The notes beneath the pieces are model-generated. The model ran no database searches, was not told where the DNA came from, and saw nothing but the letters and a program-made list of their open reading frames with translations. Shown here in pieces: positions 34,257-45,480 of a stretch of DNA of 64,000 nt. A program made the translations under genes and the position numbers. Origin of the DNA: an uncultured Bacteroidales bacterium. GTDB taxonomy: Bacteria > Bacteroidota > Bacteroidia > Bacteroidales > UBA10428. The stretch's first letter is position 1. Every line of letters starts with the position of its first letter. The stretch spans positions 9,305 to 73,304 of the forward strand of contig CAYWCR010000005.1 of the NCBI GenBank assembly GCA_964456825.1, given 5' to 3'.

Positions 34257-37200
34257 TTACTTTGTTACGGATGCTTTTTCCATATACACCTTATAGTGAA
34301 CATTGAGCACTGAGTCAAGTTTAAGGTTCAGCTGCTGCTGGTTGTATACCCGGCTGATTTCAGTCATACGGTTAACCATGGAAAGGGAGTATTGAATATC
34401 ATTCTGTATGTTTTGAATGAACTCCGGTTTCTGATCAAGATAAAAGGTCAGATAGGCATCGCAGATATCGCCGTACTGGTTCATAATGGCATTGGCTTTG
34501 TCAGCGGCATTAAGCTGGTAATAAGAACTTGCCATGGCAAGGCTGAAATAATCATAGGGTATTTTCTCATGGGGGGTAAGTTCATGGCACTTATCCAGGA
34601 CCAGGATGGCCCGGCTGTTATCCCCTTCCTGTATCAATGCATCAGCAAGCCGCACAAACCGGTTGCGCAACCTGACAACCGACATGGTTCGTACATTAAA
34701 GTCATCCAGGTATACATCCGGATCATTCATATTGCCCCACTTGTATGTGTTCATTAACCGGTCAAACAGGATCTCGGTGTTGATTCTTCCGACATCCAGC
34801 TGGCTGGTGATGGGGGATCTTACCGGTATCAAACGATAGGCAAATCCTTCAAGCTGAAAATACTCATCCAGCCCAAGGGTTCCGTCATGGCCGCTGGAAA
34901 CATAATATACAGGCCTTTCCCAGTTATTGTTTGCCAGGATATCCAAAACAATGAAATCACTTTTGATTAAATGGTTTTTTCTGAAATTCCACTCAATGGC
35001 AGGTACTATTAATCCTGCATCCCTGGCTTTTACCGTTCCGTTTATAATAACGAGTGCCGTATCAACAGGCAGTCTGAATTTGCGGGTGGGGATAAAACTG
35101 TAAACTTCACCGTTCTGGCTTTCCACTTTTGTCTGTGGTTTATCACTCAAAATAAATGCCATAATATCCTTTAAATCAGCTGATTGATTGGTTCTTTCCT
35201 GAATATAAACCACATCATTGGTTCCCATACGGAATTTTTCAGGCGGAACCGAAATTGGCAATATATCTGATTCATAGGCTTTGCGCAGCATCTGATCAAT
35301 ATACCAATCCATATTCAGCAGCATCAGGTTAACGACCCGCACATCCGTGCGGATTCCTTCCACTTCCTGGGCATACCAGAGAGGGAATGTATCATTATCG
35401 CCATTGGTAAATAAGATGGCATTTTTTTCACATGAATTGAGATAATTATAGGCTATGTCTCTCGCTGTATAACGTCCGGAACGGTTATGATCATCCCAGT
35501 TTTCCGCGGCCAGGATACCGGGAACAAGGATCAGGCAAAGGGCAGTGAGCAGCCCCGCGGAAACCGGTTTTTGAAAACGCCTGCTGAGGCTTTCAAACAG
35601 GCCGAGCATACCCAGTCCGATCCATATGGAAAATGCATAAAACGAACCGGCATAGGAATAATCCCTTTCCCTGGGTTCAAAAGGTTTCTGATTGAGGTAA
35701 ACAACAATGGCTATACCCGTTAATATAAACAACAGCATGACCACCCAGAAATTCTTATTGTCGTGCTGCAAGTGGTAGAATAAGCCAATAAGTCCCAGTA
35801 TCAGGGGTAAAAAGAAATACGTATTTCTTGACGGAGCATTTTTCATGTCATCCGGAATCTTATCCTGGGAGCCTATCAGTATATTATCCACCGGCTTGAT
35901 ACCGCTTATCCAATTGCCATGCAGGGGTCCGCCCTCCCCCTGAATATCATTCTGCCGGCCGGCAAAATTCCACATAAAATACCGGAAATACATATGGCCG
36001 AGCTGGTAGGCAAAGAAAAATCTGAGGTTATTCCCGAAACCGGGGGGATTTTTTGGCGCACCGCGGTTAAACAAGGTCTGGCCTTCACTGCTGCGGCGAA
36101 TATTGCCCTGGGCATCACGCAAAGGCTCATACAGTTTTGATTCATTCAGTCCGGCCCATTCAATATACCCGTTGATATGATCATTATCTGAACTCCACAT
36201 ACGGGGAAATATCGTGGTATATTTTTCATCGAACTGATACTTTGCCTTGCGGTTGGTTATCTCATATTTTCCATCGGTTTTTGTATAGGTGGCTTTCCCT
36301 TCTTTAATGCTAACGGGTCGCGCATTGAAATACTGTCCTTTTATCAGCGGTCTGTCGCCATATTGTTCACGGTTGATATAATACAGCAGGGAAAAAACAG
36401 TTTCAGGGTCATTTTCATCCATGGGAGGATCAGCAATGGACCTGATCACCATCATGGTAAAGGATGAATAACCCAGCAGAATAACCGCTATGCAGGTAAA
36501 AATGGTGTTCAGCAGGTATTTTTTTCGTTTCACGGTAATCCAGATGCCATATACCAATGCCCCTATCAGCAGAACGATATAGAATAAAACCCCTGTATTA
36601 TAAGGAAGGCCGAATCCGTTCACAAAAACAAGCTCAAATCTTGTTGCCAGCCATACAACGCCGGGGATGATCATGTACATGATGGAACCCAGCATAATGG
36701 CAGAGACGATCAGGGCATACACAATACCTTTTGCCGTGATCTCATATTTTCTGAAATAATATACCATCACAATGGCCGGTATGGCCAGCAGATTCAATAA
36801 ATGCACTCCGATGGATAATCCCATTAAATAGGCAATGAGGACCAGCCAGCGGTTTGCGTGCTTATCGTCCGCTTCGTTTTCCCATTTTAAGATGGCCCAG
36901 AAAACAATAGCCGTAAAAAATGAGGAACTTGCATAAACTTCACCTTCCACGGCAGAAAACCAGAAAGTATCCGTAAATGTATAGGCCAGAGCCCCTACCA
37001 GGCCGCTTCCCAGTATCGCTATGAGGGTGGCAGGTGAAAGGGTTTTGGCTATTTCATCCGTATTGGCATGGGCATGACCGGATGAGGCGGAATTTTTCAC
37101 ATGAACCAGTTTTAATCCAAGATGCGTTATGGTCCAGAAAAGGAACATAATGGTTAAAGCACTGGCAATACCTGAAAATCCATTGACCATCATGGCAACC

Positions 37201-37421
37201 TTTTCCGGATTATTGCCGGCAAACAGGGAAGCCAGGCGGGCCGTGAGCATGAAAAACGGTGCTCCGGGAGGATGTCCGACCTGAAACTTGTAGGAACTGG
37301 CAATGAATTCTCCGCAATCCCATAAACTGACAGTAGGCTCAAGGGTAAGAAAATAAGTAACGGCAGCGATTAAAAACGTTGTCCAGCCAAGGATGTTATT
37401 GTAAAGCTTAAAATTTTTCAT
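34257..37421 (-). CDS. DUF2723 / TMEM260-like membrane glycosyltransferase (GT-C)
   Basis: EPTVSLWDCGEFI, VGHPPGAPFF, FWFSAVEGEVYA, ERDYSY.GSF, FTNGDNDTFPLWY.QEVEG. Confidence 0.9.
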   Translation of the reverse strand: MKNFKLYNNILGWTTFLIAAVTYFLTLEPTVSLWDCGEFIASSYKFQVGHPPGAPFFMLTARLASLFAGNNPEKVAMMVNGFSGIASALTIMFLFWTITHLGLKLVHVKNSASSGHAHANTDEIAKTLSPATLIAILGSGLVGALAYTFTDTFWFSAVEGEVYASSSFFTAIVFWAILKWENEADDKHANRWLVLIAYLMGLSIGVHLLNLLAIPAIVMVYYFRKYEITAKGIVYALIVSAIMLGSIMYMIIPGVVWLATRFELVFVNGFGLPYNTGVLFYIVLLIGALVYGIWITVKRKKYLLNTIFTCIAVILLGYSSFTMMVIRSIADPPMDENDPETVFSLLYYINREQYGDRPLIKGQYFNARPVSIKEGKATYTKTDGKYEITNRKAKYQFDEKYTTIFPRMWSSDNDHINGYIEWAGLNESKLYEPLRDAQGNIRRSSEGQTLFNRGAPKNPPGFGNNLRFFFAYQLGHMYFRYFMWNFAGRQNDIQGEGGPLHGNWISGIKPVDNILIGSQDKIPDDMKNAPSRNTYFFLPLILGLIGLFYHLQHDNKNFWVVMLLFILTGIAIVVYLNQKPFEPRERDYSYAGSFYAFSIWIGLGMLGLFESLSRRFQKPVSAGLLTALCLILVPGILAAENWDDHNRSGRYTARDIAYNYLNSCEKNAILFTNGDNDTFPLWYAQEVEGIRTDVRVVNLMLLNMDWYIDQMLRKAYESDILPISVPPEKFRMGTNDVVYIQERTNQSADLKDIMAFILSDKPQTKVESQNGEVYSFIPTRKFRLPVDTALVIINGTVKARDAGLIVPAIEWNFRKNHLIKSDFIVLDILANNNWERPVYYVSSGHDGTLGLDEYFQLEGFAYRLIPVRSPITSQLDVGRINTEILFDRLMNTYKWGNMNDPDVYLDDFNVRTMSVVRLRNRFVRLADALIQEGDNSRAILVLDKCHELTPHEKIPYDYFSLAMASSYYQLNAADKANAIMNQYGDICDAYLTFYLDQKPEFIQNIQNDIQYSLSMVNRMTEISRVYNQQQLNLKLDSVLNVHYKVYMEKASVTK

Positions 37422-37561
37422 GCTTTTTTGGGCTTTCCATTATTCAAATTGAAATAGTTCCTGCAAATGTTAAAAAAATTCTTGTCTAATTTTAATTTGT
37501 TTTTGGTTTAATCATTCAATTCGTATTAAATAAAATTAAAAATTGTTAATATTTGCCGATC

Positions 37562-37900
37562 ATGAAACGAAAAAACAGAACTGGTATCGTCTATTCAACA
37601 GATCCGGGATTCCGTTATACCTTTGACGCCGCTAAAGAAAAGGATACGTTGCCTCCGAATCAGCAGGACCTGAGGGTTATGCTTGACTCCAGAAACCGCA
37701 AAGGCAAACAGGTTACCCTTGTTACAGGCTTCATAGGGGTGGACAGCGACCTTCAAACACTTGCCAGGGATATAAAGATGCTTTGCGGATCGGGAGGTTC
37801 CGCCAAAGACGGTGAAATAATAATACAGGGGGATTTTCGTGATAAAATATTAAAATACCTTACGGATAAGCGCTTTAAAGTTAAAAAAGCAGGTGGATAA
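37562..37900 (+). CDS. SUI1-family translation initiation factor
   Basis: IVYSTDP, RKGKQVTLVTGF, LCGSGGSAKDGEIIIQGD. Confidence 0.93.
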   Translation: MKRKNRTGIVYSTDPGFRYTFDAAKEKDTLPPNQQDLRVMLDSRNRKGKQVTLVTGFIGVDSDLQTLARDIKMLCGSGGSAKDGEIIIQGDFRDKILKYLTDKRFKVKKAGG

Positions 37901-40298
37901 TACCGGGTTATTGAAACGGATAGGAAAATTCCTGTCCTGGTTGCAGCAGTTAAGCACAGGCCGCAAGTTAATGCTCGGTACGGTCATGGCGTTGCTGATC
38001 ATATATGGCGTCTGCCTGCCTGAAGAACTGTTTCATGATCCCACATCGACCGTGTTGTTTGATCGCGAGGGTATCCTGCTGGGGGCCAAAATTGCGGACG
38101 ATGGTCAATGGCGGTTCCCGGAAACAGATTCGGTCCCCTACAAACTGGAAACCTCCATCATCGCATTTGAGGACCGGTACTTTAAACTGCATCCCGGATT
38201 CAATCCTGTTTCCATGGCCAGGGCATTGCTTCAGAATATTAAGGCCCGCCGGATTGTCAGGGGCGGAAGTACACTTACCATGCAGGTTATAAGGCTTTCA
38301 AGAAAAGGAAAACCGAGAACGGTACCTGAAAAACTGATCGAAATTATCCTGGCCACGAGGCTCGAATTATCCGCCAGCAAGGCGGAAATCCTGCAGCTGT
38401 ATTGTTCCCATGCGCCTTACGGGGGCAATGTAATTGGATTGGAAGCTGCATCCTGGCGCTATTTCGGATTCAGCAGCCCGGAGTTATCCTGGGCCGAAGC
38501 CGCACTGCTGGCTGTGCTTCCCAATTCCCCATCCCTGATCCACCCCGGCAGGAACAGATCAGGATTGATGGAGAAACGAAACCGTTTGCTTGACAAGCTT
38601 CATCAGCAGGGGAAAATGGATTCATTGACCTGCCGTATTTCGAAACTCGAACCGATACCTGAAAATCCCCTCCCATTGCCTCAGCTGGCTCCGCATTTGC
38701 TGGCGAGGGTGGTCAGGGAACAACCTGGCACCATGGTCAGGTCTTCCCTGGATGCGTCCCTTCAGGTCAAAACATATGATGTAGTGAAAAAATATAATGA
38801 GATCTTTTGTCATAATCAGATCCATAATCTGGCAGCGCTGATCGTCGAAGTGGAATCGGGTAATGTAATGGCTTATGTCGGCAATATTGCCGGCATGCCG
38901 GATGCCGGTAACGGCAACGATGTGGATATTATTACCTCACCGCGCAGCACCGGAAGTTTGCTGAAGCCTGTTTTGTTCGGAGCCATGCTGGAAGACGGCA
39001 AAATTTTGCCTGGCAGTCTTATCCCGGATATTCCGACTACCTTCAAGGGCTTTTCTCCCCAGAACTTCAATCAGCAATATGATGGAGCCGTTCCGGCCAG
39101 AAATGCCCTGTCGCGTTCGCTCAATGTACCTGCCGTGCTAATGTTGCAGGAATATGGGGTAGAACGGTTTCATCACCTGCTGAAGCAACTGGGAATGACG
39201 ACGGTCAACCGGCCTTCGGATCATTACGGGCTGACGCTTATCCTGGGCGGGGCTGAAGGCAATTTGTGGGAGATGTTGGCTGTTTATGTTTTCTTTTCGC
39301 GCACGCTAGATCATTATAATCGTTTCAATCAATATTATAAATCTGATTTCCGCAACATGAATATTCATGCCAGCGGAGCAGGGGAAGCACCATCATCAGG
39401 CGCTTCCGATCAGCCCTATTTGTTCAGTGCCTCCACCATATGGTCGGTGTACAATGCCATGCATGAGGTCAATCGTCCTGATGAGGAAACCGGATGGAAG
39501 CAATACACATCCCAGCGAAGGGTCGCCTGGAAGACAGGGACAAGTTTCGGATACCGGGATGGCTGGGCCATGGGTACAACACCGGAATATGCCGTCGGGG
39601 TATGGGTGGGAAATGCCGATGGAGAGGGACGGCCTGGCCTGACAGGAATTGCAACGGCTGCGCCCGTAATGTTCGAACTTTTTAATTTATTACCCGGCAA
39701 AAGCTGGTTCGGGGAACCTGTTGATGAACTTGTTGAAGCCTCGGTTTGCAGGCGGAGCGGATACCTTGCCGGGGTCTATTGTGACGAAGTGGATACCCTG
39801 AAGATACCTTACACCTGCGAGGTAGCGCCTGCCTGTCCTTTTCACCGCCTGGTACATCTTACTCCTGACGGGCGTTACAGGGTTAACAGCAATTGCGAAG
39901 ATGTATCGGATATGCAACATAAGGCATGGTTCGTATTGCCACCTGTCCAGGAGTGGTATTACAAAAACAGACACCATGATTATACTGTACTGCCTTCGCT
40001 TAAGCCGGACTGCGAGCAGGAAGAAATCCGTTCCATGGAAATGATATATCCCCGGGAGGACATACGGATCTATATACCGGTGCAACTGGATGGCACCCGG
40101 GGACGTGTTGTTTTTGAAGTGGCACACAGGAGACCTGAAACTGCCATATACTGGCATCTTGATGATCATTTCATTACGGCGACCCGGACCATTCACCAGG
40201 TTGAATTGCTGCCTTCCAACGGCTGGCATACACTGACACTGGTGGATGAAAACGGTGAAACGATCCGTAAGAAATTCCTGGTGATCGATGAGGAATAG
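37893..40298 (+). CDS. pbpC: Penicillin-binding protein 1C
   Basis: EDRYF..HPG, RGGSTLTMQ, KAEILQLY transglycosylase motifs; RSTGSLLKP, SRSLN, WKTGTS; C-terminal BiPBP_C-like domain. Confidence 0.95.
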   Translation: MDNTGLLKRIGKFLSWLQQLSTGRKLMLGTVMALLIIYGVCLPEELFHDPTSTVLFDREGILLGAKIADDGQWRFPETDSVPYKLETSIIAFEDRYFKLHPGFNPVSMARALLQNIKARRIVRGGSTLTMQVIRLSRKGKPRTVPEKLIEIILATRLELSASKAEILQLYCSHAPYGGNVIGLEAASWRYFGFSSPELSWAEAALLAVLPNSPSLIHPGRNRSGLMEKRNRLLDKLHQQGKMDSLTCRISKLEPIPENPLPLPQLAPHLLARVVREQPGTMVRSSLDASLQVKTYDVVKKYNEIFCHNQIHNLAALIVEVESGNVMAYVGNIAGMPDAGNGNDVDIITSPRSTGSLLKPVLFGAMLEDGKILPGSLIPDIPTTFKGFSPQNFNQQYDGAVPARNALSRSLNVPAVLMLQEYGVERFHHLLKQLGMTTVNRPSDHYGLTLILGGAEGNLWEMLAVYVFFSRTLDHYNRFNQYYKSDFRNMNIHASGAGEAPSSGASDQPYLFSASTIWSVYNAMHEVNRPDEETGWKQYTSQRRVAWKTGTSFGYRDGWAMGTTPEYAVGVWVGNADGEGRPGLTGIATAAPVMFELFNLLPGKSWFGEPVDELVEASVCRRSGYLAGVYCDEVDTLKIPYTCEVAPACPFHRLVHLTPDGRYRVNSNCEDVSDMQHKAWFVLPPVQEWYYKNRHHDYTVLPSLKPDCEQEEIRSMEMIYPREDIRIYIPVQLDGTRGRVVFEVAHRRPETAIYWHLDDHFITATRTIHQVELLPSNGWHTLTLVDENGETIRKKFLVIDEE

Positions 40299-40432
40299 CG
40301 ATGCACGGCCGGTCCCGCATGGAAGCTGTGCATAATTGAACCATGATCCTGGATTAACGATTTTTAACGAATCAAAGCCTGACTGAATCGGCATTTTATT
40401 TATATATTTACCGACCAAATCAGACTTCTTTG

Positions 40433-41308
40433 ATGCAAAAAAAGGACAATGTCATACGCCGGCGCCTTAGGGCCTCCTATGTCACATCCGTTATCAGTAT
40501 CTCACTGGTCCTTTATATGCTGGGATTAATCGGATTGCTCCTGCTCAATACCAAAAAGCTGTCAGATTATGTAAAAGAGAACATCGGATTTAGTATTTTC
40601 CTGAATGATGACATAAAGGAAGTCGAGATCTTTGGGCTGCAGAAGATACTGGATTCCAAGCATTATGTGAAGGAAACGCAGTACATTACAAAAGAACAGG
40701 CCATAAAAGACTTTCAACAGGAATGGGGGGAGGACTTTGAAGATTTTCTCGGATTCAATCCGCTGCCGGCATCGGTTGACGTTAAATTATATGCTCCGTA
40801 TGCCAATGCTGACAGCATTGCGATCATTGAAAAGGACATACTTACTTACAGTGGAGTGCGGGATGTGGTTTATCAGAAAGACCTGATTTACAAGGTTAAT
40901 AACAATGTCCGAAAAATCAGCATCACCATTCTGGCTTTCAGCTTTCTGTTGTTTCTGATTGCCCTGACCCTGATCAATAATACGATCCGCTTATCCGTAT
41001 ATGCCAAACGTTTTATTATCCGTACCATGCAACTGGTGGGTGCACAACATACGCTGATCCGCAGGCCTTTTCTTTACAGAAGCCTGTATCAGGGCTCATT
41101 ATCAGCACTCATTGCCATCGGATTGCTGATTGGCACGATGATAATCGCTGAACGGCAGCTGAATGGCCTCTTCAGCCTCAAAGATTACAAAATTTCCGCC
41201 ATTCTTTTTTCCATGGTGATCGTCATTGGCATTTTGCTGGCCCTGATATCGACCAGTTTTTCCGTTAACCGCTATCTTTCCATGACAACCGATGAATTAT
41301 ATTCATAA
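40433..41308 (+). CDS. ftsX: Cell division permease FtsX
   Basis: TSVISISLVL, NPLPAS, LINNTIRLSVYAKRF.I.TMQLVGA...IRRPF. Confidence 0.93.
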   Translation: MQKKDNVIRRRLRASYVTSVISISLVLYMLGLIGLLLLNTKKLSDYVKENIGFSIFLNDDIKEVEIFGLQKILDSKHYVKETQYITKEQAIKDFQQEWGEDFEDFLGFNPLPASVDVKLYAPYANADSIAIIEKDILTYSGVRDVVYQKDLIYKVNNNVRKISITILAFSFLLFLIALTLINNTIRLSVYAKRFIIRTMQLVGAQHTLIRRPFLYRSLYQGSLSALIAIGLLIGTMIIAERQLNGLFSLKDYKISAILFSMVIVIGILLALISTSFSVNRYLSMTTDELYS

Positions 41309-41318
41309 TTTTAATGAT

Positions 41319-41576
41319 ATGGCAAACAAAAAAGAAGAATTAGTCAGTAAAACCGGATTTGCTCTCGGGAAAGAAAATTATAAACTGCTGATTATTGGTT
41401 TTATCATCATCATCATCGGATTTTTATTGATGATCGGAGGCAAATCGGATGATCCTGCCGTTTTCAATAAAGATGAGATTTTCAGTTTCCGCAGGATTAC
41501 ACTGGCCCCGCTGGTAGTTCTTGCAGGTTTTATTTTCGAGATATGGGCAATCCTTAAAAAACCCGTGGAAAATTAA
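41319..41576 (+). CDS. DUF3098 membrane protein
   Basis: GKENYKLL.IG, GG.SDDP..FN..IFSFRRITLAP. Confidence 0.9.
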   Translation: MANKKEELVSKTGFALGKENYKLLIIGFIIIIIGFLLMIGGKSDDPAVFNKDEIFSFRRITLAPLVVLAGFIFEIWAILKKPVEN

Positions 41577-41587
41577 TCTTCCGGTCA

Positions 41588-42361
41588 ATGAGTTGGATTC
41601 AAGCGCTCATCATCGCCATAGTAGAGGGCATCACGGAATTCCTGCCCATATCGTCAACCGGGCATATGATCATTACCAAGGAGATACTGCAGATGCCCGA
41701 CAGTGAATATATCAATCTGTTTATTGTCAATATTCAGTTCGGTGCTATCCTTTCGGTTGTGGTGCTTTACTGGAAAAGATTCATAAAATCACTCGACTTT
41801 TACTATAAACTCCTGGTTGCCTTTTTACCTGCTGCTGTTTTTGGTGTTCTCATCGGGGATACCATAGACAAGTTGCTGGATAACGCTTTGGTAGTGGCCT
41901 GTGCCTTGATTCTGGGCGGAATCATCCTGTTGTTTGTGGATAGATGGTTTGACGATGCGGATGAAAATCAGGAGATCACTTATCCCAGGGCATTGAAGAT
42001 CGGACTTTTTCAGGTCATTGCCATGATTCCCGGAGTATCACGCTCAGCTGCAACGATTATAGGCGGAATGGCGGGAAAACTGAACCGGAAAAATGCTGCT
42101 GAATTTTCCTTCTTTCTGGCTGTCCCCACCATGTTGGCAGCGTCGGCCTATAAGCTAATCAAAGGATATAGCTCACTCACGCCTGGCAACACGGGAATCT
42201 TATTGTTCGGGAATATCGTTGCTTTTATTGTTGCCATCATTGCCATCAGAGGCTTTATCTATTTTCTCACAAAAAACGGATTTAAGATTTTTGGCTGGTA
42301 CAGAATATTTGCCGGAATGGTGATTATCATATTGATAATGGCAGGCAAAATTGTTTTGTAG
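41588..42361 (+). CDS. uppP: Undecaprenyl-diphosphatase
   Basis: EGITEFLPISSTGH, IQFGAIL, PGVSRSAATI, EFSFFLAVP. Confidence 0.96.
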   Translation: MSWIQALIIAIVEGITEFLPISSTGHMIITKEILQMPDSEYINLFIVNIQFGAILSVVVLYWKRFIKSLDFYYKLLVAFLPAAVFGVLIGDTIDKLLDNALVVACALILGGIILLFVDRWFDDADENQEITYPRALKIGLFQVIAMIPGVSRSAATIIGGMAGKLNRKNAAEFSFFLAVPTMLAASAYKLIKGYSSLTPGNTGILLFGNIVAFIVAIIAIRGFIYFLTKNGFKIFGWYRIFAGMVIIILIMAGKIVL

Positions 42362-42363
42362 CG

Positions 42364-43047
42364 ATGGATTTTATCAAAGGAGAGATGCTGTTATTCAACA
42401 AGCCTTATGGCTGGACTTCTTTTCAATTGGTTAACAAGGTGAGGTTTACCCTGAAGCATGAGCTGAAAGTAAAAAAAATCAAGGTTGGGCATGCCGGAAC
42501 ACTTGACCCGCTGGCAACGGGACTGATGATCATCTGCACCGGCAGGGAAACGAAGAATATTGCACGCTACCAGGATCTGTTTAAAGAATATGTTGCTACC
42601 CTGAAACTGGGCTCCACAACCCCTTCGTTCGACCTTGAAACAGAGGTCAATGAAAATTTTCCCTATGAACATATTACGGAAACAATGGTTAATGGAGTAT
42701 TACAGCAATTCATCGGGGAGTCGATGCAGGAGCCACCTGCTTTCTCTGCCAAATTTGTTGACGGGGTGAGGGCTTACCAATATGCAAGGAAAGGGAAAAG
42801 TATTACACTTTCGGGTAATAAAGTAGTCATCAGTGCCATAGAATTATTAAAGTTTGACCTTCCTTATATCAGCATCCGGATTGAATGCAGTAAGGGCACT
42901 TATATAAGAGCGCTGGCAAGAGACATTGGGAAGGCATTGCATTCAGGAGCTCATCTTGTCAGCCTTGTGCGAAGGAAAATTGGTGAATATCATGTGGATA
43001 AATCATTGAGTATTGAAGAATTTGAAAGAAATATGATTTTTTTGTAA
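42364..43047 (+). CDS. truB: tRNA pseudouridine(55) synthase
   Basis: KVGHAGTLDPLATG, KEY.ATL.LG, CSKGTYIRALARD. Confidence 0.96.
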   Translation: MDFIKGEMLLFNKPYGWTSFQLVNKVRFTLKHELKVKKIKVGHAGTLDPLATGLMIICTGRETKNIARYQDLFKEYVATLKLGSTTPSFDLETEVNENFPYEHITETMVNGVLQQFIGESMQEPPAFSAKFVDGVRAYQYARKGKSITLSGNKVVISAIELLKFDLPYISIRIECSKGTYIRALARDIGKALHSGAHLVSLVRRKIGEYHVDKSLSIEEFERNMIFL

Positions 43048-43111
43048 CTTTTTTTTCACTTTTACGTAAAAGCCTCGAATATAAAATTTTGAAGTTTCAT
43101 ACCCTCATTCC

Positions 43112-44164
43112 ATGAAATTATCACAGTATAAATACAACTTGCCGGATGAACTTATTGCCAAGTATCCGGCAGAAAAGAGAGATGAGTCGCGGTTAATGGT
43201 GTTAAACAGGCAGACCCGGAAAATAGGGCATTGTATGTTTAAAGACATCCTGGATTACTTTGCTGAAGAAGATGTAATGGTGGTAAATAATACAAAGGTT
43301 TTCCCGGCACGGTTATATGGCAATAAGGAAAAAACGGGGGCTGAGATCGAAGTCTTTTTGCTACGGGAACTCAACCGGGAACAACGGCTATGGGATGTTC
43401 TTGTTGATCCGGCGAGAAAGATCAGGATCGGTAATAAACTGTATTTTGGGGACAATGACGATTCACTGGTTGCGGAAGTGATTGATAACACCACCTCCCG
43501 TGGTCGTACCTTAAGGTTTTTATTTGACGGTGATTATGAGGAATTCAAAAAGACCTTATACAGGCTGGGTGAAACACCGCTTCCGAAATTCATCAAAAGG
43601 GCGGTCCAGTCAGAGGACCGGGAACGGTATCAGACGATTTTTGCCAAGCACGAGGGTGCGGTAGCGGCTCCTACCGCTGGTCTTCACTTCAGCCGGGAAC
43701 TCATTAAAAGGCTTGAAATTAAAGGGATAAAATTTGCTGAGATCACACTGCATGTGGGATTAGGTAACTTTCGGACCGTTGATGTTGAGGATCTCACTAA
43801 ACATAAAATGGACTCTGAGCGGATTATCATTTCGGATGAAGCCTCAAAAATCGTTAATGCGGCAAAGGACAATCATAAACAGGTGTGTGCTATCGGTACT
43901 ACGGTCCTTAGAACACTGGAAAGCTCAGTTTCCACGATGGGGCATTTGAAACCTTACGACGGATGGACCAATAAATTCATATTCCCTCCTTACGAGTTTA
44001 GCGTGCCAACACGCATGGTTTCCAATTTTCACCTGCCCTTGTCAACACTTTTGATGATGGTATCTGCCTTTGCCGGTTTTGAATTTTTATTCGAGTCGTA
44101 TAAAATTGCCATTAAGGAAAAATACCGGTTTGGCACTTATGGGGATGCCATGTTAATTTTATAA
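43112..44164 (+). CDS. queA: S-adenosylmethionine:tRNA ribosyltransferase-isomerase
   Basis: [26 protein letters not shown]...[29 protein letters not shown]. Confidence 0.97.
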   Translation: MKLSQYKYNLPDELIAKYPAEKRDESRLMVLNRQTRKIGHCMFKDILDYFAEEDVMVVNNTKVFPARLYGNKEKTGAEIEVFLLRELNREQRLWDVLVDPARKIRIGNKLYFGDNDDSLVAEVIDNTTSRGRTLRFLFDGDYEEFKKTLYRLGETPLPKFIKRAVQSEDRERYQTIFAKHEGAVAAPTAGLHFSRELIKRLEIKGIKFAEITLHVGLGNFRTVDVEDLTKHKMDSERIIISDEASKIVNAAKDNHKQVCAIGTTVLRTLESSVSTMGHLKPYDGWTNKFIFPPYEFSVPTRMVSNFHLPLSTLLMMVSAFAGFEFLFESYKIAIKEKYRFGTYGDAMLIL

Positions 44165-44220
44165 GCCATGTCTTGCCTCCTGTCTGACAAGCTTAAGGAA
44201 ACACTGAGCACAGGACCCGT

Positions 44221-45240
44221 TTAGTCCATTATATCAACCCACCCGAAAGGATCTTCGGCATCGCCATTCTGTATAGCCACAATGCTGTTGTATAATTGAG
44301 TTGAAAGGGGGCCCGGATTGCCATCCCTGCAATATTCGTAAATCACATTAAGATCAGGATCGATAATTTTCTTTATTGGCGTTATTACGGCTGCTGTACC
44401 GCAAGCTCCCACCTCATCGAATGATTTAAGCTCTTCAACAGACACCGGCCTTCTTTCCACTTTCAATCCTATTCTTTTTGCCAGATCTATGACACTCTTA
44501 TTGGTTATGGAAGGAAGTATTGATTTTGAATCCGGTGTTATGTAAGTATTGTTTTTTATGCCAAAAAAGTTTGCCGGACCTGCCTCATCAATATATTTTT
44601 TTTCCTTTGCATCCAGGTACAGGGTAGTGGAGAATCCCAGCTGATGGGCCATTTCGAGGGAAGTGAGGCTGGCAGCATAATTACCCCCAACCTTAAAGGC
44701 ACCGGTTCCCAAAGGGGCAGCCCTGTCATGGGTACGGCAGATCATGACATCCACCGGTTTATATCCATCCTTAAAATAGGGGCCCACAGGTGTTACAAAT
44801 ACCATAAATAAATATTCTTTGGCGGGCTTAACGCCAACTTCAGCACCGGTTCCGATAAGCAGCGGGCGAATATACAGGGAGGCACCTAACCCATACGGGG
44901 GAACAAATCGCTCGTTCAGCCGGATTGCCGAAAAGACAGCCTGTTGAAACAGTTCCTCGGGCACCGGTGTCATTTTAATGCCAATGGCCGTCTCCTTCAT
45001 TCTTTTGACATTTTCGCGCCACCGGAAGACCCTGATTTTACCGTCCCGGCCACGGAAAGCCTTTAAACCCTCAAAAGCTTCCTGACCATAGTGCAGACAG
45101 GTGGCTGCCATATGCATAGGTATGAATTCTGAAGAAGTTGTTTCCAACTCCCCCCATTTGCCTTCACGGTAATAACAACGGACGTTATAGTCAGTTTTCA
45201 TATAGGCGAAGGGAAGATGTTTCCAGTCTATGTTTTCCAT
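44221..45240 (-). CDS. ilvE: Branched-chain amino acid aminotransferase
   Basis: LHYGQEAFEGLKA, YIRP, KVGGNYAAS, ILPSIT, CGTAAVITP. Confidence 0.95.
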   Translation of the reverse strand: MENIDWKHLPFAYMKTDYNVRCYYREGKWGELETTSSEFIPMHMAATCLHYGQEAFEGLKAFRGRDGKIRVFRWRENVKRMKETAIGIKMTPVPEELFQQAVFSAIRLNERFVPPYGLGASLYIRPLLIGTGAEVGVKPAKEYLFMVFVTPVGPYFKDGYKPVDVMICRTHDRAAPLGTGAFKVGGNYAASLTSLEMAHQLGFSTTLYLDAKEKKYIDEAGPANFFGIKNNTYITPDSKSILPSITNKSVIDLAKRIGLKVERRPVSVEELKSFDEVGACGTAAVITPIKKIIDPDLNVIYEYCRDGNPGPLSTQLYNSIVAIQNGDAEDPFGWVDIMD

Positions 45241-45267
45241 GGCAATGCCTTATTTTACTTTAGGTTT

Positions 45268-45275
45268 CAAAATTA
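45268..45275 (-). promoter_or_regulatory. Sigma-70 -7 element (TAATTTTG) for ilvE
   Basis: CAAAATTA on +, 27 nt before the ATG. Confidence 0.55.
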
Positions 45276-45480
45276 ATCATTTACCTAAATGCTGCAACCA
45301 GGTAACTTCATTATTTTTTTTTCGTACAAGAACAAAATATCATAAACCAAGCCAATATATGAAATGAACATGGTGTTATTATCAATATTTTTTATTGACG
45401 TAATTTTTAATTACTTTTAATAACTCCAATTTGAAATAAAAAAATTAATTCATAGTTTTATAATTAAATAAACCCTAACC

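Noticed and set aside
40433-44164. ftsX without ftsE
   Set aside because: ftsX-DUF3098-uppP-truB-queA with ftsE elsewhere is the usual Bacteroidota arrangement.
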